Shown in pieces: positions 1 to 9,514 of a DNA stretch of 64,000 nt. The notes below the pieces were generated by a model that saw nothing but the letters and a program-made list of their open reading frames with translations, did no database searches and was not told the DNA's origin. Numbering within the stretch: the first letter of the stretch is position 1; every line of letters starts with the position of its first letter. This DNA is from Armatimonadota bacterium (GTDB lineage: Bacteria > Armatimonadota > UBA5829 > DTLH01). The stretch lies in NCBI GenBank assembly GCA_039679675.1, contig JBDKUN010000031.1, positions 957-64,956 of the forward strand, in the 5' to 3' direction. Made by a program: the position numbers and the translations under genes.

Positions 1-269
1 GCACTCGGTCCTGATGAGTAATTACATAGACCCGAGGGGAGCCGACGACATGTGCCATCAGCACTTCTGCGTCGAGCTGAGGCGTCTCAATTCCAGCCTG
101 TGCAAATGAGTGCATTGCTGAAACAAGTTCCTCTGCTATCGTGCGAGTCTCTGCCAATATGCTAACCCTCCGAACAAATCCCCGCATAGTATACCACTTT
201 TGGCTGTCGGTATTCAGCCAGGATGGATGCCAATCCGAATATTAAGCAGAGAAGCTGTCCCATAAGCAG

Positions 270-1565
270 CTAAATCCCGAAAAACTCTTTGGCGTTGTCG
301 TGGAGGATCATCTGTGCGACGGTTCTCGCCTCGGCCTCGGTGAAGTAACCGCTCGCCACCTTCGACGCAAGCACACGCGCTATGTTTTCCCTTGCCATTG
401 CGGCGTGGGCGTATGTGCCTTCGACAAATAGATAGTCCCCGCCGAACCCGAATATCTTGGATGCCGGGACAGTCTCCAGCCATTCATCCAGCGTCCGTCT
501 TGCTGCCGCCGGTGAGATGACATGCATCCAGCAGAGGTCTGCATACACCCCTGGAAACATCTTGGCCATCACACCCAGCTCGCTTGTGAATGGGTACGCG
601 GCATGGAAGATGTCAAACCGACCTCTTCGATAGAATACGAAGAGGTTGTTCAGGTTGAGCGGGTTGGAGTGCTCCAGATAGTTCCCGTTTCCTTCTTGGA
701 GACCCGTGTGTATCTGCATCGGGAGCCCTGCATCGAAGGTCATATGTATCAATTTGTGCATCAGATAGTCCTGGAGCGGTTTAGCATCCCTTATGGTGGG
801 CCTTTCACCCAGCCCTGGCCGGTCCAGCCTTTCGCCGTTGTGCGCGAAGAGATCGGTAAACGATTTTTCGGCTTCAGCTTTGGTCGGGTAATCGAAATGA
901 AGTGTTCTCACGTAGGCCAGCGCGGTCTTGGTGGCGACTGCTCCGTGCTCCAACCCGGTTCTGAACATCGATTCCATCGAATTTACCAGGTCATCCAGTG
1001 AATGGATCGACATGCAGCTTTCCTTTTCGCATCTTGCAAGGTCATCGAGCTTTCCGGCCAGTATGAACTGATCGATGTGAACGACGGGCGAAAAGAACCT
1101 GGGGTCAGGGTGGATGTTATCGGTGTTCAGGACGGCTTTCTCGATTTTTGCACGGTCTTTCAGCACTTCCTGATACCATCCCGGAAGCCTCGACCGGCTC
1201 ATCTGCACGGACAGCTCCCCGTATGTATCGCGCGAGAGGTCAGGCAGGCCGAAAAGGTCCCGGATGGCAGTGCGGACTGCCTTGCAGTAGCCTGTATACT
1301 TGGCTTTCTCCCAATAGGGCTCGAACAAATCCCACTTTTCATCCAGCGGAGTGGTGCAGTCCCGGATTTTCACCCAATCTTCTTGCGGGCATCCGGCTGA
1401 TATTATGTCTACGGAGGCATAATGTGCGAAAAAATGAGAGAAATCGCACGCTGATTTATCGTTCAGCCAGTTTTCCTCATCGGCAAGATGTTCGTGAGTA
1501 TCGATGATCCACATTTGGCTGAGGTCGTGCCTCAGCGATTCCAGGACTGCCTTTTCATCCGTCAT
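270..1565 (-). CDS. Amidohydrolase-superfamily (TIM-barrel metal-dependent hydrolase) protein
   Basis: 431 aa ORF with ATG start and upstream AAGAGG RBS. N-terminal 'WIIDTHEHL' HxH metal-binding motif is typical of amidohydrolase-2 / uronate-isomerase-like folds. Exact enzyme cannot be assigned. Confidence 0.55.
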   Translation of the reverse strand: MTDEKAVLESLRHDLSQMWIIDTHEHLADEENWLNDKSACDFSHFFAHYASVDIISAGCPQEDWVKIRDCTTPLDEKWDLFEPYWEKAKYTGYCKAVRTAIRDLFGLPDLSRDTYGELSVQMSRSRLPGWYQEVLKDRAKIEKAVLNTDNIHPDPRFFSPVVHIDQFILAGKLDDLARCEKESCMSIHSLDDLVNSMESMFRTGLEHGAVATKTALAYVRTLHFDYPTKAEAEKSFTDLFAHNGERLDRPGLGERPTIRDAKPLQDYLMHKLIHMTFDAGLPMQIHTGLQEGNGNYLEHSNPLNLNNLFVFYRRGRFDIFHAAYPFTSELGVMAKMFPGVYADLCWMHVISPAAARRTLDEWLETVPASKIFGFGGDYLFVEGTYAHAAMARENIARVLASKVASGYFTEAEARTVAQMILHDNAKEFFGI

Positions 1566-1994
1566 ACCGACACCTCTTTGTTGTCATTGCATATCTTAAT
1601 ATAGGCCAAAAGCAGCCAAACATCCTTCATGAGCTGTGGGGGATAGAAAAAATGGAACATGGCAAACTCGTCTTATTTCGAAGCAGTACCAAAGATTCTG
1701 AATTGCGAAAGACGCGTGAAGCATTGTTAAATTCTCGACACCTCCGGTGTCGGCTTCGGCAGCAAGCGGTCCGAAGCAAAGTAAAAAAGGATTTATGAAG
1801 ACATGAGGGTCTTGTTGTAGATACTTTAAATCTCCACCATTCGTGAAATCCGTTAAATCCGCGTTTCAAAATGACGGATAGCGGATGTCGATAGAAATAC
1901 AGCCCGAGAGAGTCAGGGACTATGATGGACAAGAAATGAGGAGGATAAGGGATTGGGCCTACAAACCTTTTCACCAACCCCAATCCCCAATCCC

Positions 1995-2477
1995 CTAATC
2001 AGCTACAGGCTGGCCGGTAATTCGCTCACGGGCCATCAGTATAGCCTGCTCGCGCAGGTAATCGAGCTGGTCTTCTTCGTCTTCAAGGTTTTCCTCGAAA
2101 ATATCACAGGCTTCGTCATGTCCTATATCTTCGCACAGGTTATAGAAGAGTTCCTGAGAATCTGACAGCCTGTATTTGATGAGGATAACCGTTTTGAGCA
2201 GTTCGATAATGTCGTTTCCGCTCATGTCTATGAGCTGCTGGGCCAGCTTGAGCCCGCGCTGTATGCTCTCGTCGAAGTCTCCCCCATGGCTGATCTCATC
2301 CAGGACTCTTTCCAGCCTGTCTATCAACTGTTCGTCCTGGCCGTGAATATCCTGAAGCTGCCGCTTCATACCGGGGTCGAGACCTTCGCTGTTCAACAGC
2401 TTGTGCTCTATCACACGCATCCCCTGAGCCGTCCCAAGTGCTTCGGCAAGTTGAGTTGAAAGGTATTCTCTGTCCAT
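1995..2477 (-). CDS. Ferritin-like DUF892 (YciE/YciF-type) protein
   Basis: About 160 aa, acidic, with repeated E/D-x-x-H helices ('VIEHKLL', 'DIHGQDEQLIDRLE', 'DEISHGGD'). The track starts at a GTG (2489); an in-frame ATG at 2477 has AGGTGA 7 nt upstream and is preferred. Confidence 0.55.
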   Translation of the reverse strand: MDREYLSTQLAEALGTAQGMRVIEHKLLNSEGLDPGMKRQLQDIHGQDEQLIDRLERVLDEISHGGDFDESIQRGLKLAQQLIDMSGNDIIELLKTVILIKYRLSDSQELFYNLCEDIGHDEACDIFEENLEDEEDQLDYLREQAILMARERITGQPVAD

Positions 2478-2592
2478 AATGGTAATCACCTGCCCATAAA
2501 TATATTGCCATTAGTGGTTACCCTAAGTCCGGCTAGGCAAAACTGGGCTGAGAGGGCAGATAATCTCGCTTTGCCGGAAACAACCTGCATTG

Positions 2593-5500
2593 TTACGGAG
2601 AGAGCACTTTCACCGGTATCATGATCGACCTTGGAGCTTCAGGCGGCCCCATAAATACGAGCCCTTCGCTACCGGGCGGCGCGGGTGGGAAGGACAGCCT
2701 TATAGTTTCGGGCCGCGCATGCCGGATTTCACCCGCCGGACACGTGGTTTTTATATCAGAGCCCTTTACAGTAAGGATTTTCATGCTGAAAGTCGTTGGT
2801 GCGGGCACTCTGAAGCCATGGACGGCAATACGATACTTTCCATCGCAGGGCAGGTAATAACAGATATGTTCTTTCGAGCCAATACTGGCCGATATTGCCA
2901 TGACTTCATATGTCCAATCGAATTGGCCATCGTTGTCCGCGTCGTACAGCAGATAGAGGTCGAGGTCGGCGTTTTCCGGGCCGTCTATATCGATTTCGAT
3001 CATCCCTGTGCCGGTAAGATCAATGTCTTTCTTCCACTTGGAATATTCAGGCGCATCCACAGGGTCCTGGCGGACAGGCTGGCCGAGCAGGACATCAGGA
3101 ACGGCGAAACCATACGAGAGCGAAGAGAGCCCCGGAAGTAGCATGGAGCTGGACATTCGGATTTCGGCTGATGTCTGGCCGGGAGAGAGCTCGATTGTAT
3201 CCGGCTCTATCCAGACGGTGCCTGCATTGAGCTTGACAGGCTCGGAACCTCTTATTCCGGGCGATAGCACGTTTTGGAGCTGTATCAGGTTTAGTCCCGG
3301 CTCGGATTTTCCCGCTACCCACTCTGATGTACCACCTGTCGCAGTCTCGAACGGCCACATTCCGGCTGTGCTGTTTGTCCGGCGGCTCGAACCGGAGAGT
3401 GTAAGCCCGTACGGGCCGAAAACATTGGGCATTGTAGATGAAAAGTAGTCGGTCCTGTCGGGCCGGTAGATCATAATATCCGTATCTGCCGGTGTTGTGC
3501 TCCACTGGGCATTTGCCAGGATAAATGACGACATCTTGGGCCGGTTTGCCGGGACGTCCATGAAGTAGAACCGCCAGTCGCCGGATTCCGCCCTCCATCC
3601 CCAGTCGAATGCGCCGAACATCCTGCCGTTGTCGAAGGTATCTCCGATGCCGTCCGTGCCGCTGACGAGTGAAGACTTCTTCGGAGCCATCGACGACTGA
3701 GCAGCCACAACAACGGAGACCGGGACTGTTACCGTTTCGCCGTTTTTCGCGGACATCTGAAGTGAGCCGACGTATGTACCGGCTCCGGCATCGTTCGGAA
3801 CCTGAATCTTGACCGGGACCGTGGCGGCCTGCCCCGGTTTTACCACAACCGGCCTCGATGAAACGCTCAGCCAGTTCCAGGGCACCTGTTTGTAGAACTC
3901 CAGTTCAACTTTGAACTCTGTGGAAGGGATGAAATTTGACCTCGCGTCATGATGCAGACCGAGTATAAGTCCGTCATGAATGCGTGACATGGGGCGCCTC
4001 GCCGAAACCTCGATCACGTCGCTCCATGGGTTTGCGAACATGAAAGGATTGGCCTCCGACTCCTGCATCTCGCCGGTGTTTACCGCGCCGTTTCCGTCCG
4101 AATCCTGCCAGAGAATTCCGTCACCGTTCAGGTCAGTCCAGTCGAGGAGCGATACCATCCATGAATTCGACGGCAAAAGTTCGCGTGAGGCAGGATCGGT
4201 AAGGCTGAACTGCCGGTACGGCTGGCTGACTCTGATCCTGACGAGGTCTGCATCCTCGGGCACGAGGTCCGATATATCTATAAGATAGTCCGGCTTGCTC
4301 TGCACAAGCTCGAAATACTCGCATTCGTTGTGTGTAGTGAACTCGAACTCTTTTTCGCCAGTCAAGAGGAGCCTGCGGCCGCTGGCAGCTATTTCAAGCG
4401 CACTTGAACCTGTGTTCTCGGCGGTGAACTCTTTCATCTTTGCCTCGCCGGGCTTCATCGCACGGGGAAAGGATTCAGCATCGGGTTTAGCGTCTCCCGC
4501 TGCGTACGAAGGCGGGCTTACTGTGAAACCTCCGCTCCCGGAAGCGATTTTGACAGCTCTTGCGGCGTCGGCCAGCCCCGCGCCCTGCTCGCAGACGTTA
4601 TACGAAAGGTCGCGTGCGCTTGACATCAGTATCGTCTTTGATTCCTCATAGCCGGGGAAGGTTCCATGACTTTGTTTATACGCCTCGTAAGTCAAAGCCA
4701 GCAGACCTGATGTGATCGGCGCGGACAGGCTCGTTCCTCCCCAGACGCCCCACGCGTTTTCTCCGCTGCCGCCAAGAGGCGTATCTCCTGTGGCCCATGC
4801 ACCGATGGCGGCCACATCCGGCTTCACTTGGCCGAGGCTGCTCGGCCCCCTGTCCGACCACTGCTGGATGTCTCCGAACAGGATTTGCTCTGCTGATCCT
4901 ATCGGATTGAACGCATCGGTGGAACCCTGAAGCGTGGCTGCGCCGACGGTAATTACTGAACTCGCCCCGCCGGGGCTTGAGACCGTGCCGTAGCCTGGGC
5001 CGCCGTTTCCTATCGCCGCGACGAACGTCGTTTTGGGTGCGATTGTCTCGTTCAGGCTTGTAATATACCTGGAAAAGAAGTCCCAGCCGTCGGCGTCTTC
5101 TGAGGAAAAATCGAAGCTCATATTGACGATGTCCGCGTCGTCGCTCGTTCCCGGTTTGCCGTCGTAACCGAGGACAGCGAACCTTACTGCGTCATACATG
5201 CTGGAATAAGTATCGTACGCATTGCCTATCTGGATGATCTTCGCGCCGGGGGACATGCCAAAGACCATCCCTGAACCGGACGGCTTCTGCGGGATTTCAT
5301 AAGTCTTGCCGGCCTTCCCCTTTGCAGCGATAGCGGACGCAACGAGCGTGCCGTGCTCGTCCCATTTGCCGAATCCACCGGCAAAGGCGACGAGTGCTCC
5401 GTTTGCGGGAGAAGTGAGGTGATACAGCCAGTCTGAAGCGGGAATCGGGTTTATTCCATCAGCTATGAAGTAGACCATTCCGGCGGAGTAGTCCGCAAGT

Positions 5501-6357
5501 CCGTCACCGTCCTTATCCCACCAGGATGTCTCGTCACCCTTTCTGCAGGGCTTATCATTGAGGAAATTTAAATCCTTGTTGATGTCTACGTAGACCGTGT
5601 CGTATACGCCGGGTGTCGATTCATCCGCAACGAGCACAGCAGGCTGCAGCCCCCAGGGGTTGATGATATACGGCAGCCAGTAGGACGGATGGACTCCTAT
5701 ATGATATGTGCCGCTCTTGCTGGTTCCGGGGAGCGTGTACCTTCTGCCTCTATACACCGGATTTGCATCGGTTATGGTCTTACTTGTATCGACATAGCCG
5801 CCGGTTGGCCGCCTGTTCAGCGCATAGTAGGCCATCGCATAGGGGTCGAAGACGATAGGCCAGCCGTAGTAAGGAGATGATGGGTCAGCGACCCGCGCCT
5901 GGCAGCCGTTGAGGTCGGGGTGGCAGATGTCTATCCCTTCGTCGATGACCGCCACTTTGACGCCGTTTCCAGTATAACCCGCATTCCAGGCTGCCGAAGC
6001 GCCTTGTACATCTTTTGTAAGCCAGGTGTCCGGCTGGGCGGGGTTTATGCTCTCACTCCCGATCGGGCTTCGAAAAAGCCTTTCCCAATCCATATGCGGA
6101 CCGGGGACAGGAGGAACTTTTACCGTTTTGTCAGGGAGCACCATGACGACATCCCCGCCGGACGCTATTTTCTGCAACTCCGCTGGTGTGGCTTCGACCC
6201 GGTTGAACGCAAGCCCGCCGGGCTGCGAGGAATCTTTTCTAACGACAATCGATTTTGTCCTGGCGATGGCATTTACAGGCCCATCGGCAAGCACCGGACA
6301 AAAAGCTGTTACGAAAAGTAAAGCTGCAACTGCGAGAACACGGCAGATACGAAGCAT
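2593..6357 (-). CDS. Secreted subtilisin-like serine peptidase (S8 family), large multidomain
   Basis: 1254 aa with N-terminal signal peptide 'MLRICRVLAVAALLFVTAFCPVLA'. Catalytic triad motifs are present: 'GVKVAVIDEGIDICHPDL' (Asp), 'HGTLVASAIAAKG' (His), 'GTSLSAPITSGLLAL' (Ser). Long C-terminal extension. AAGGAGA RBS. Confidence 0.75.
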   Translation of the reverse strand: MLRICRVLAVAALLFVTAFCPVLADGPVNAIARTKSIVVRKDSSQPGGLAFNRVEATPAELQKIASGGDVVMVLPDKTVKVPPVPGPHMDWERLFRSPIGSESINPAQPDTWLTKDVQGASAAWNAGYTGNGVKVAVIDEGIDICHPDLNGCQARVADPSSPYYGWPIVFDPYAMAYYALNRRPTGGYVDTSKTITDANPVYRGRRYTLPGTSKSGTYHIGVHPSYWLPYIINPWGLQPAVLVADESTPGVYDTVYVDINKDLNFLNDKPCRKGDETSWWDKDGDGLADYSAGMVYFIADGINPIPASDWLYHLTSPANGALVAFAGGFGKWDEHGTLVASAIAAKGKAGKTYEIPQKPSGSGMVFGMSPGAKIIQIGNAYDTYSSMYDAVRFAVLGYDGKPGTSDDADIVNMSFDFSSEDADGWDFFSRYITSLNETIAPKTTFVAAIGNGGPGYGTVSSPGGASSVITVGAATLQGSTDAFNPIGSAEQILFGDIQQWSDRGPSSLGQVKPDVAAIGAWATGDTPLGGSGENAWGVWGGTSLSAPITSGLLALTYEAYKQSHGTFPGYEESKTILMSSARDLSYNVCEQGAGLADAARAVKIASGSGGFTVSPPSYAAGDAKPDAESFPRAMKPGEAKMKEFTAENTGSSALEIAASGRRLLLTGEKEFEFTTHNECEYFELVQSKPDYLIDISDLVPEDADLVRIRVSQPYRQFSLTDPASRELLPSNSWMVSLLDWTDLNGDGILWQDSDGNGAVNTGEMQESEANPFMFANPWSDVIEVSARRPMSRIHDGLILGLHHDARSNFIPSTEFKVELEFYKQVPWNWLSVSSRPVVVKPGQAATVPVKIQVPNDAGAGTYVGSLQMSAKNGETVTVPVSVVVAAQSSMAPKKSSLVSGTDGIGDTFDNGRMFGAFDWGWRAESGDWRFYFMDVPANRPKMSSFILANAQWSTTPADTDIMIYRPDRTDYFSSTMPNVFGPYGLTLSGSSRRTNSTAGMWPFETATGGTSEWVAGKSEPGLNLIQLQNVLSPGIRGSEPVKLNAGTVWIEPDTIELSPGQTSAEIRMSSSMLLPGLSSLSYGFAVPDVLLGQPVRQDPVDAPEYSKWKKDIDLTGTGMIEIDIDGPENADLDLYLLYDADNDGQFDWTYEVMAISASIGSKEHICYYLPCDGKYRIAVHGFRVPAPTTFSMKILTVKGSDIKTTCPAGEIRHARPETIRLSFPPAPPGSEGLVFMGPPEAPRSIMIPVKVLSP

Positions 6358-6532
6358 TTGTCATATCTCCTTACACAGATGGGGTTATTAATCACGTTTT
6401 CGTGAGAAAACCCATGCGGATGTTACCCTGAGGTTGCATTGCAGTCAACCTGGTAATTGTACCAGGTCTGGACCAGGCGGCGCGGGTAGTAGATGCCGGG
6501 TTATAAAGCAGAATCAGGACGGAGAAACAGGT

Positions 6533-7237
6533 TCATGCGTGATCAGATGAAGTAGTGTTTTTGTTTATATGCCAAATTACGCTGAACACGAACCAGATGA
6601 AAAGTATCAATGCCGCAAGCGCCAGACAGAAAGTTATCTCGGTATGCGCGCGCACCCAACCTTCGACGAAATAATCTTCTCTGACTTCAAAGAGGATTGC
6701 GGCAGAAACTACACTGAATATCGTTCCCGACTCGCGCCTGACTGCAGCCTTTCTGGACGATACCCAGGGATGCTTTCTCGTAAATGTCTTAGCCAGTGCC
6801 GCCGGAAACGGGATGACTGCGGGGACTTTTGCCTTATATGATTTGTAATCTTCCGGCCACTTTTGGCTGAGAAAACGCTCTTCCCTCCTGCCGATCTTGA
6901 CGTGCACCAGAATGTAAAATACGGTGAAAACAAGCGTCAGCACTAAATTCCCGATGATAATGAGCAGCCCAAGCCCCACCAGATAGCTGGCGACGTACAT
7001 CGGATGCCGGACTATGGAATAAGGGCCGGTGGTGACAAGACCGTTCTCTATATGGGATGACTTCCAATCTCGTGAAACGACACGTATTACCAGTCCCATC
7101 ACAGCTATGCCCAACCCCAACAGATCGACTACTTCGTCTATTCTGTCATTGCCGCCTGTGAGCGTTGGCTTGGTCAGCAAGAGAATGGCGATTACGATAG
7201 GTGTTACAAACAACCAGTTTGCTGTCGATCTGTTCAA
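6533..7237 (-). CDS. Isoprenylcysteine carboxyl methyltransferase (ICMT)/phospholipid methyltransferase-family membrane protein
   Basis: Multi-TM protein with the 'VRHPMYVASYLVGLGLLI' motif characteristic of the ICMT/PEMT family. The track start is TTG, so the true start is uncertain. Confidence 0.5.
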   Translation of the reverse strand: MNRSTANWLFVTPIVIAILLLTKPTLTGGNDRIDEVVDLLGLGIAVMGLVIRVVSRDWKSSHIENGLVTTGPYSIVRHPMYVASYLVGLGLLIIIGNLVLTLVFTVFYILVHVKIGRREERFLSQKWPEDYKSYKAKVPAVIPFPAALAKTFTRKHPWVSSRKAAVRRESGTIFSVVSAAILFEVREDYFVEGWVRAHTEITFCLALAALILFIWFVFSVIWHINKNTTSSDHA

Positions 7238-7358
7238 AATTCTGCTCCTCTAATAGTGTATTACCGAAGTATCATTTTTTTGATTCCGGTAAGCCCGACA
7301 TTGTTCCATCCTACCTTAATGAAACTCTTCTTATCAACCCGGTAATTGTCTATCGGGA

Positions 7359-8438
7359 TTATGACAGCGAAGGATCGGCAATTCTCGAATGCCGCCGTAC
7401 GTTCTGAGCAGCTCCGGCCTTCCCTGCGGACGGCATTTGTTTTATCTCGAATACTACCGGCGTTCCTTCGATTGCATCGTCGAACTCAATATCAGACTCC
7501 AAGTCCGTCAGGTGGAAGAAATAATTATTTCCATCCGCGGTCTCTATGAACCCGTAACCCTTGTCGGGAAGCCTCTTTGCGACTACGCCGCTGATCGGAT
7601 GCCTCAGGGTATGTCCGTTTATGTGAATTCCTGGCTCAGGATTCTTTATCTCGGAATCAAGAAAATTGCACTGGGCTTCTCTCTTTTGTTTAAGGAACTC
7701 CTGGCGGCATTCGTCGCAAAAGAACTTCTGGCCTCTTCTTGGATGGAAATAGGTCCAGACTTCTTTGGGCCCTTTATGATAAGGAGACTCACATGGGATC
7801 TTGTGCCGCTCGTATTTCAGCTCCAGCTCGGTCAGAAGATCATCTATCCAGATGATATTGAAGTCCTTTACGCGCGCTTCGTCTCTGGGATCGGCGTATT
7901 CGGGCGAGCAACTGCCTTTGACGCTTGCAATGGCAACACGTTTACCCAGCCTGCGCACGTGCTGAAGCACAGGCTTGAAGTCCTGATCGCCTATGACGGC
8001 TATCGCTATGTCGTAGGCATACGGAATGGCTGCAAAATAGAGCATAGATGTGGCAAGCGATATATCTACGCATTTTTCTTTCGGATCGAATGAATCGTTG
8101 GGGTCCCTGTCGGACTTTCTGATCCGGCGGCGGAAATAGTTGACTGGAAATATCTCCACTTCATAGTGATACTCTTCCTTGAGCATAGAGAAGAAGTCCC
8201 GGCGGCGCTGAACACTGTCATCATCTCTCAGATCATAGTTTTGCGCGTAACTTCCGAACAGATACGTGCGCACTATGTCTATAGAGGTTGCGCCGAGCTG
8301 ACTCTTGACCTTGTCTGCAAGCACGACCGGGAGCTTACGGAAATCGACATGGTAGTCCTCCTGCCCGTAAGCTTCGCACAGCTTCGGTGTATTCGAGTAC
8401 AGCCAGGTTCCGTCTATGAAGATCATTACTTTCGTCAA
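7359..8438 (-). CDS. NYN (LabA-like) domain protein fused to a zinc-ribbon and C-terminal cold-shock (CSD/OB) domain
   Basis: N-terminus 'IFIDGTWLY...' plus acidic patches typical of NYN/PIN-like nucleases. A central 'C..H...C..C' segment (CESPYH...CDEC) is present. C-terminus 'GVVAKRLPDKGYGFIETADGNNYFFHLTDL' is a canonical cold-shock domain. Start is either TTG 8438 or ATG 8426. Confidence 0.6.
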   Translation of the reverse strand: MTKVMIFIDGTWLYSNTPKLCEAYGQEDYHVDFRKLPVVLADKVKSQLGATSIDIVRTYLFGSYAQNYDLRDDDSVQRRRDFFSMLKEEYHYEVEIFPVNYFRRRIRKSDRDPNDSFDPKEKCVDISLATSMLYFAAIPYAYDIAIAVIGDQDFKPVLQHVRRLGKRVAIASVKGSCSPEYADPRDEARVKDFNIIWIDDLLTELELKYERHKIPCESPYHKGPKEVWTYFHPRRGQKFFCDECRQEFLKQKREAQCNFLDSEIKNPEPGIHINGHTLRHPISGVVAKRLPDKGYGFIETADGNNYFFHLTDLESDIEFDDAIEGTPVVFEIKQMPSAGKAGAAQNVRRHSRIADPSLS

Positions 8439-8560
8439 CTATATATGTCCTCGCTTTCGATTGCGGGTTTTCGACTATAGTGCAGCCTAAAATTTTAAGA
8501 CGTGCAAAGTGTAATTATACACCCGGCAGGCAGCTAAAATCTACCAGCCTTCAAGAGTTG

Positions 8561-8740
8561 GTGAGTGCAACGTCATCACGAATGCCCACAACGTCATGCT
8601 GAGCTTGACTCAGCATCCAGGAAAAGAATGGACCCTGAATCAAGTTCAGGGTGACGTCTTTGTCGTCCAGAATGACGTGCTGATTGCGCTGGGTGGCGTA
8701 TTTGCTGTTCAGAGTGACGTATAATTCTTGCAAGAGTGAA
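8561..8740 (+). repeat. Palindromic modular repeat element, copy A (3' of the HAD hydrolase gene)
   Basis: 'acaacgtcatgctgagcttgactcagcatccaggaaaagaatggaccctgaatcaagttcagggtgacgt...aagagtgaa' carries two perfect hairpins. Homologous to 46454-46643 and to the cores of the inverted-repeat arms at about 20040 and 21400. Confidence 0.7.
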
Positions 8741-8746
8741 CTCTGA

Positions 8747-9460
8747 CTACCAGTCGAGAGCTTCGCCGGGTGCTTCGGCCAGGTTAGGCGCAATCCAATC
8801 AGCCAGAGATAGCTTTTCAGCGGAAAACGTAGTGGTCAGCCCCAGACACTTTGCGCCTGCGGCTTTTGCGGCTGCGACTCCGTTTACGGCGTCCTCTACA
8901 ACGAGACAATCCGACGGTGGAATGCCGAGCCGTTCGGCTGCTGTCAAAAATATTTCAGGGTCAGGCTTTTTATGGGTCACATCCAGCCCGTTGACGATTG
9001 CATCGAAGCTTTCAGAAGAAAGGCCGGACTCCCGCAGGTTTATCATCACCTTCACCTTGTCTGCGCTCGATGCGACAGCCAGTTTCAGCCCCTTTTCCCT
9101 GGCTTTCCGGATGAATTCGCGTGCTCCTGTGAGCGGTTCGAGCCTGCCTTTTACGATCTCCCCGTACAGCTCGTAAGTCCGGGCCTTGTCTCTTTCAATA
9201 TCGAGAGGAAAACCGTATTTTTCGGCTACGCCTGAGATATAGCGGTCTTCTCCGGCTCCGACAAACGGAAGATAATCCTCTGGCTTAACAGTAAGGCCAT
9301 GTTCGGCAAACATCCGCGTCGCGGCCTCACAAATATACTTCTCGGAGTCCACCAGGACCCCGTCCATGTCAAAAATAACGCCCCTAATCACCAGTTCTCC
9401 TCGTGGCAGCTTGCAAAAATGTGCTTCAGGATCGAATCCATCCCGAAGCACACTAAGCAT
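8747..9460 (-). CDS. HAD-superfamily hydrolase, subfamily IA (beta-phosphoglucomutase/phosphatase-like)
   Basis: Motif I 'GVIFDMDGVLVDSE' and a C-terminal 'VVEDAVNGVAAAKAAG' motif III region. Confidence 0.7.
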   Translation of the reverse strand: MLSVLRDGFDPEAHFCKLPRGELVIRGVIFDMDGVLVDSEKYICEAATRMFAEHGLTVKPEDYLPFVGAGEDRYISGVAEKYGFPLDIERDKARTYELYGEIVKGRLEPLTGAREFIRKAREKGLKLAVASSADKVKVMINLRESGLSSESFDAIVNGLDVTHKKPDPEIFLTAAERLGIPPSDCLVVEDAVNGVAAAKAAGAKCLGLTTTFSAEKLSLADWIAPNLAEAPGEALDW

Positions 9461-9514
9461 ATCACAAATTCCAGATGCCTGCAGCGTCTGATTGGGCGTT
9501 AGGCAGTCCGAAAC

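Noticed and set aside
1627-1983. 118-aa ORF in the 430-bp gap between the amidohydrolase and ferritin-like genes
   Set aside because: Low-complexity, Cys/Arg-rich translation with no RBS. The gap contains two GC-rich hairpins (about 1735-1790) and is more likely a non-coding regulatory or terminator region.
8700-8720. Perfect TATAAT hexamer inside repeat copy A (and 'tatataat' in copy D) as an embedded outward promoter
   Set aside because: No acceptable -35 element at 16-18 bp in either copy and no extended TG motif. Recorded as part of the repeat consensus only.
8541-8760. Short 7-mers 'ctaccag' and 'caagagt' on both sides of repeat copy A as target-site duplications
   Set aside because: The order is swapped rather than directly repeated, and the right-hand copy overlaps the HAD gene stop codon. 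Too short to distinguish from chance.
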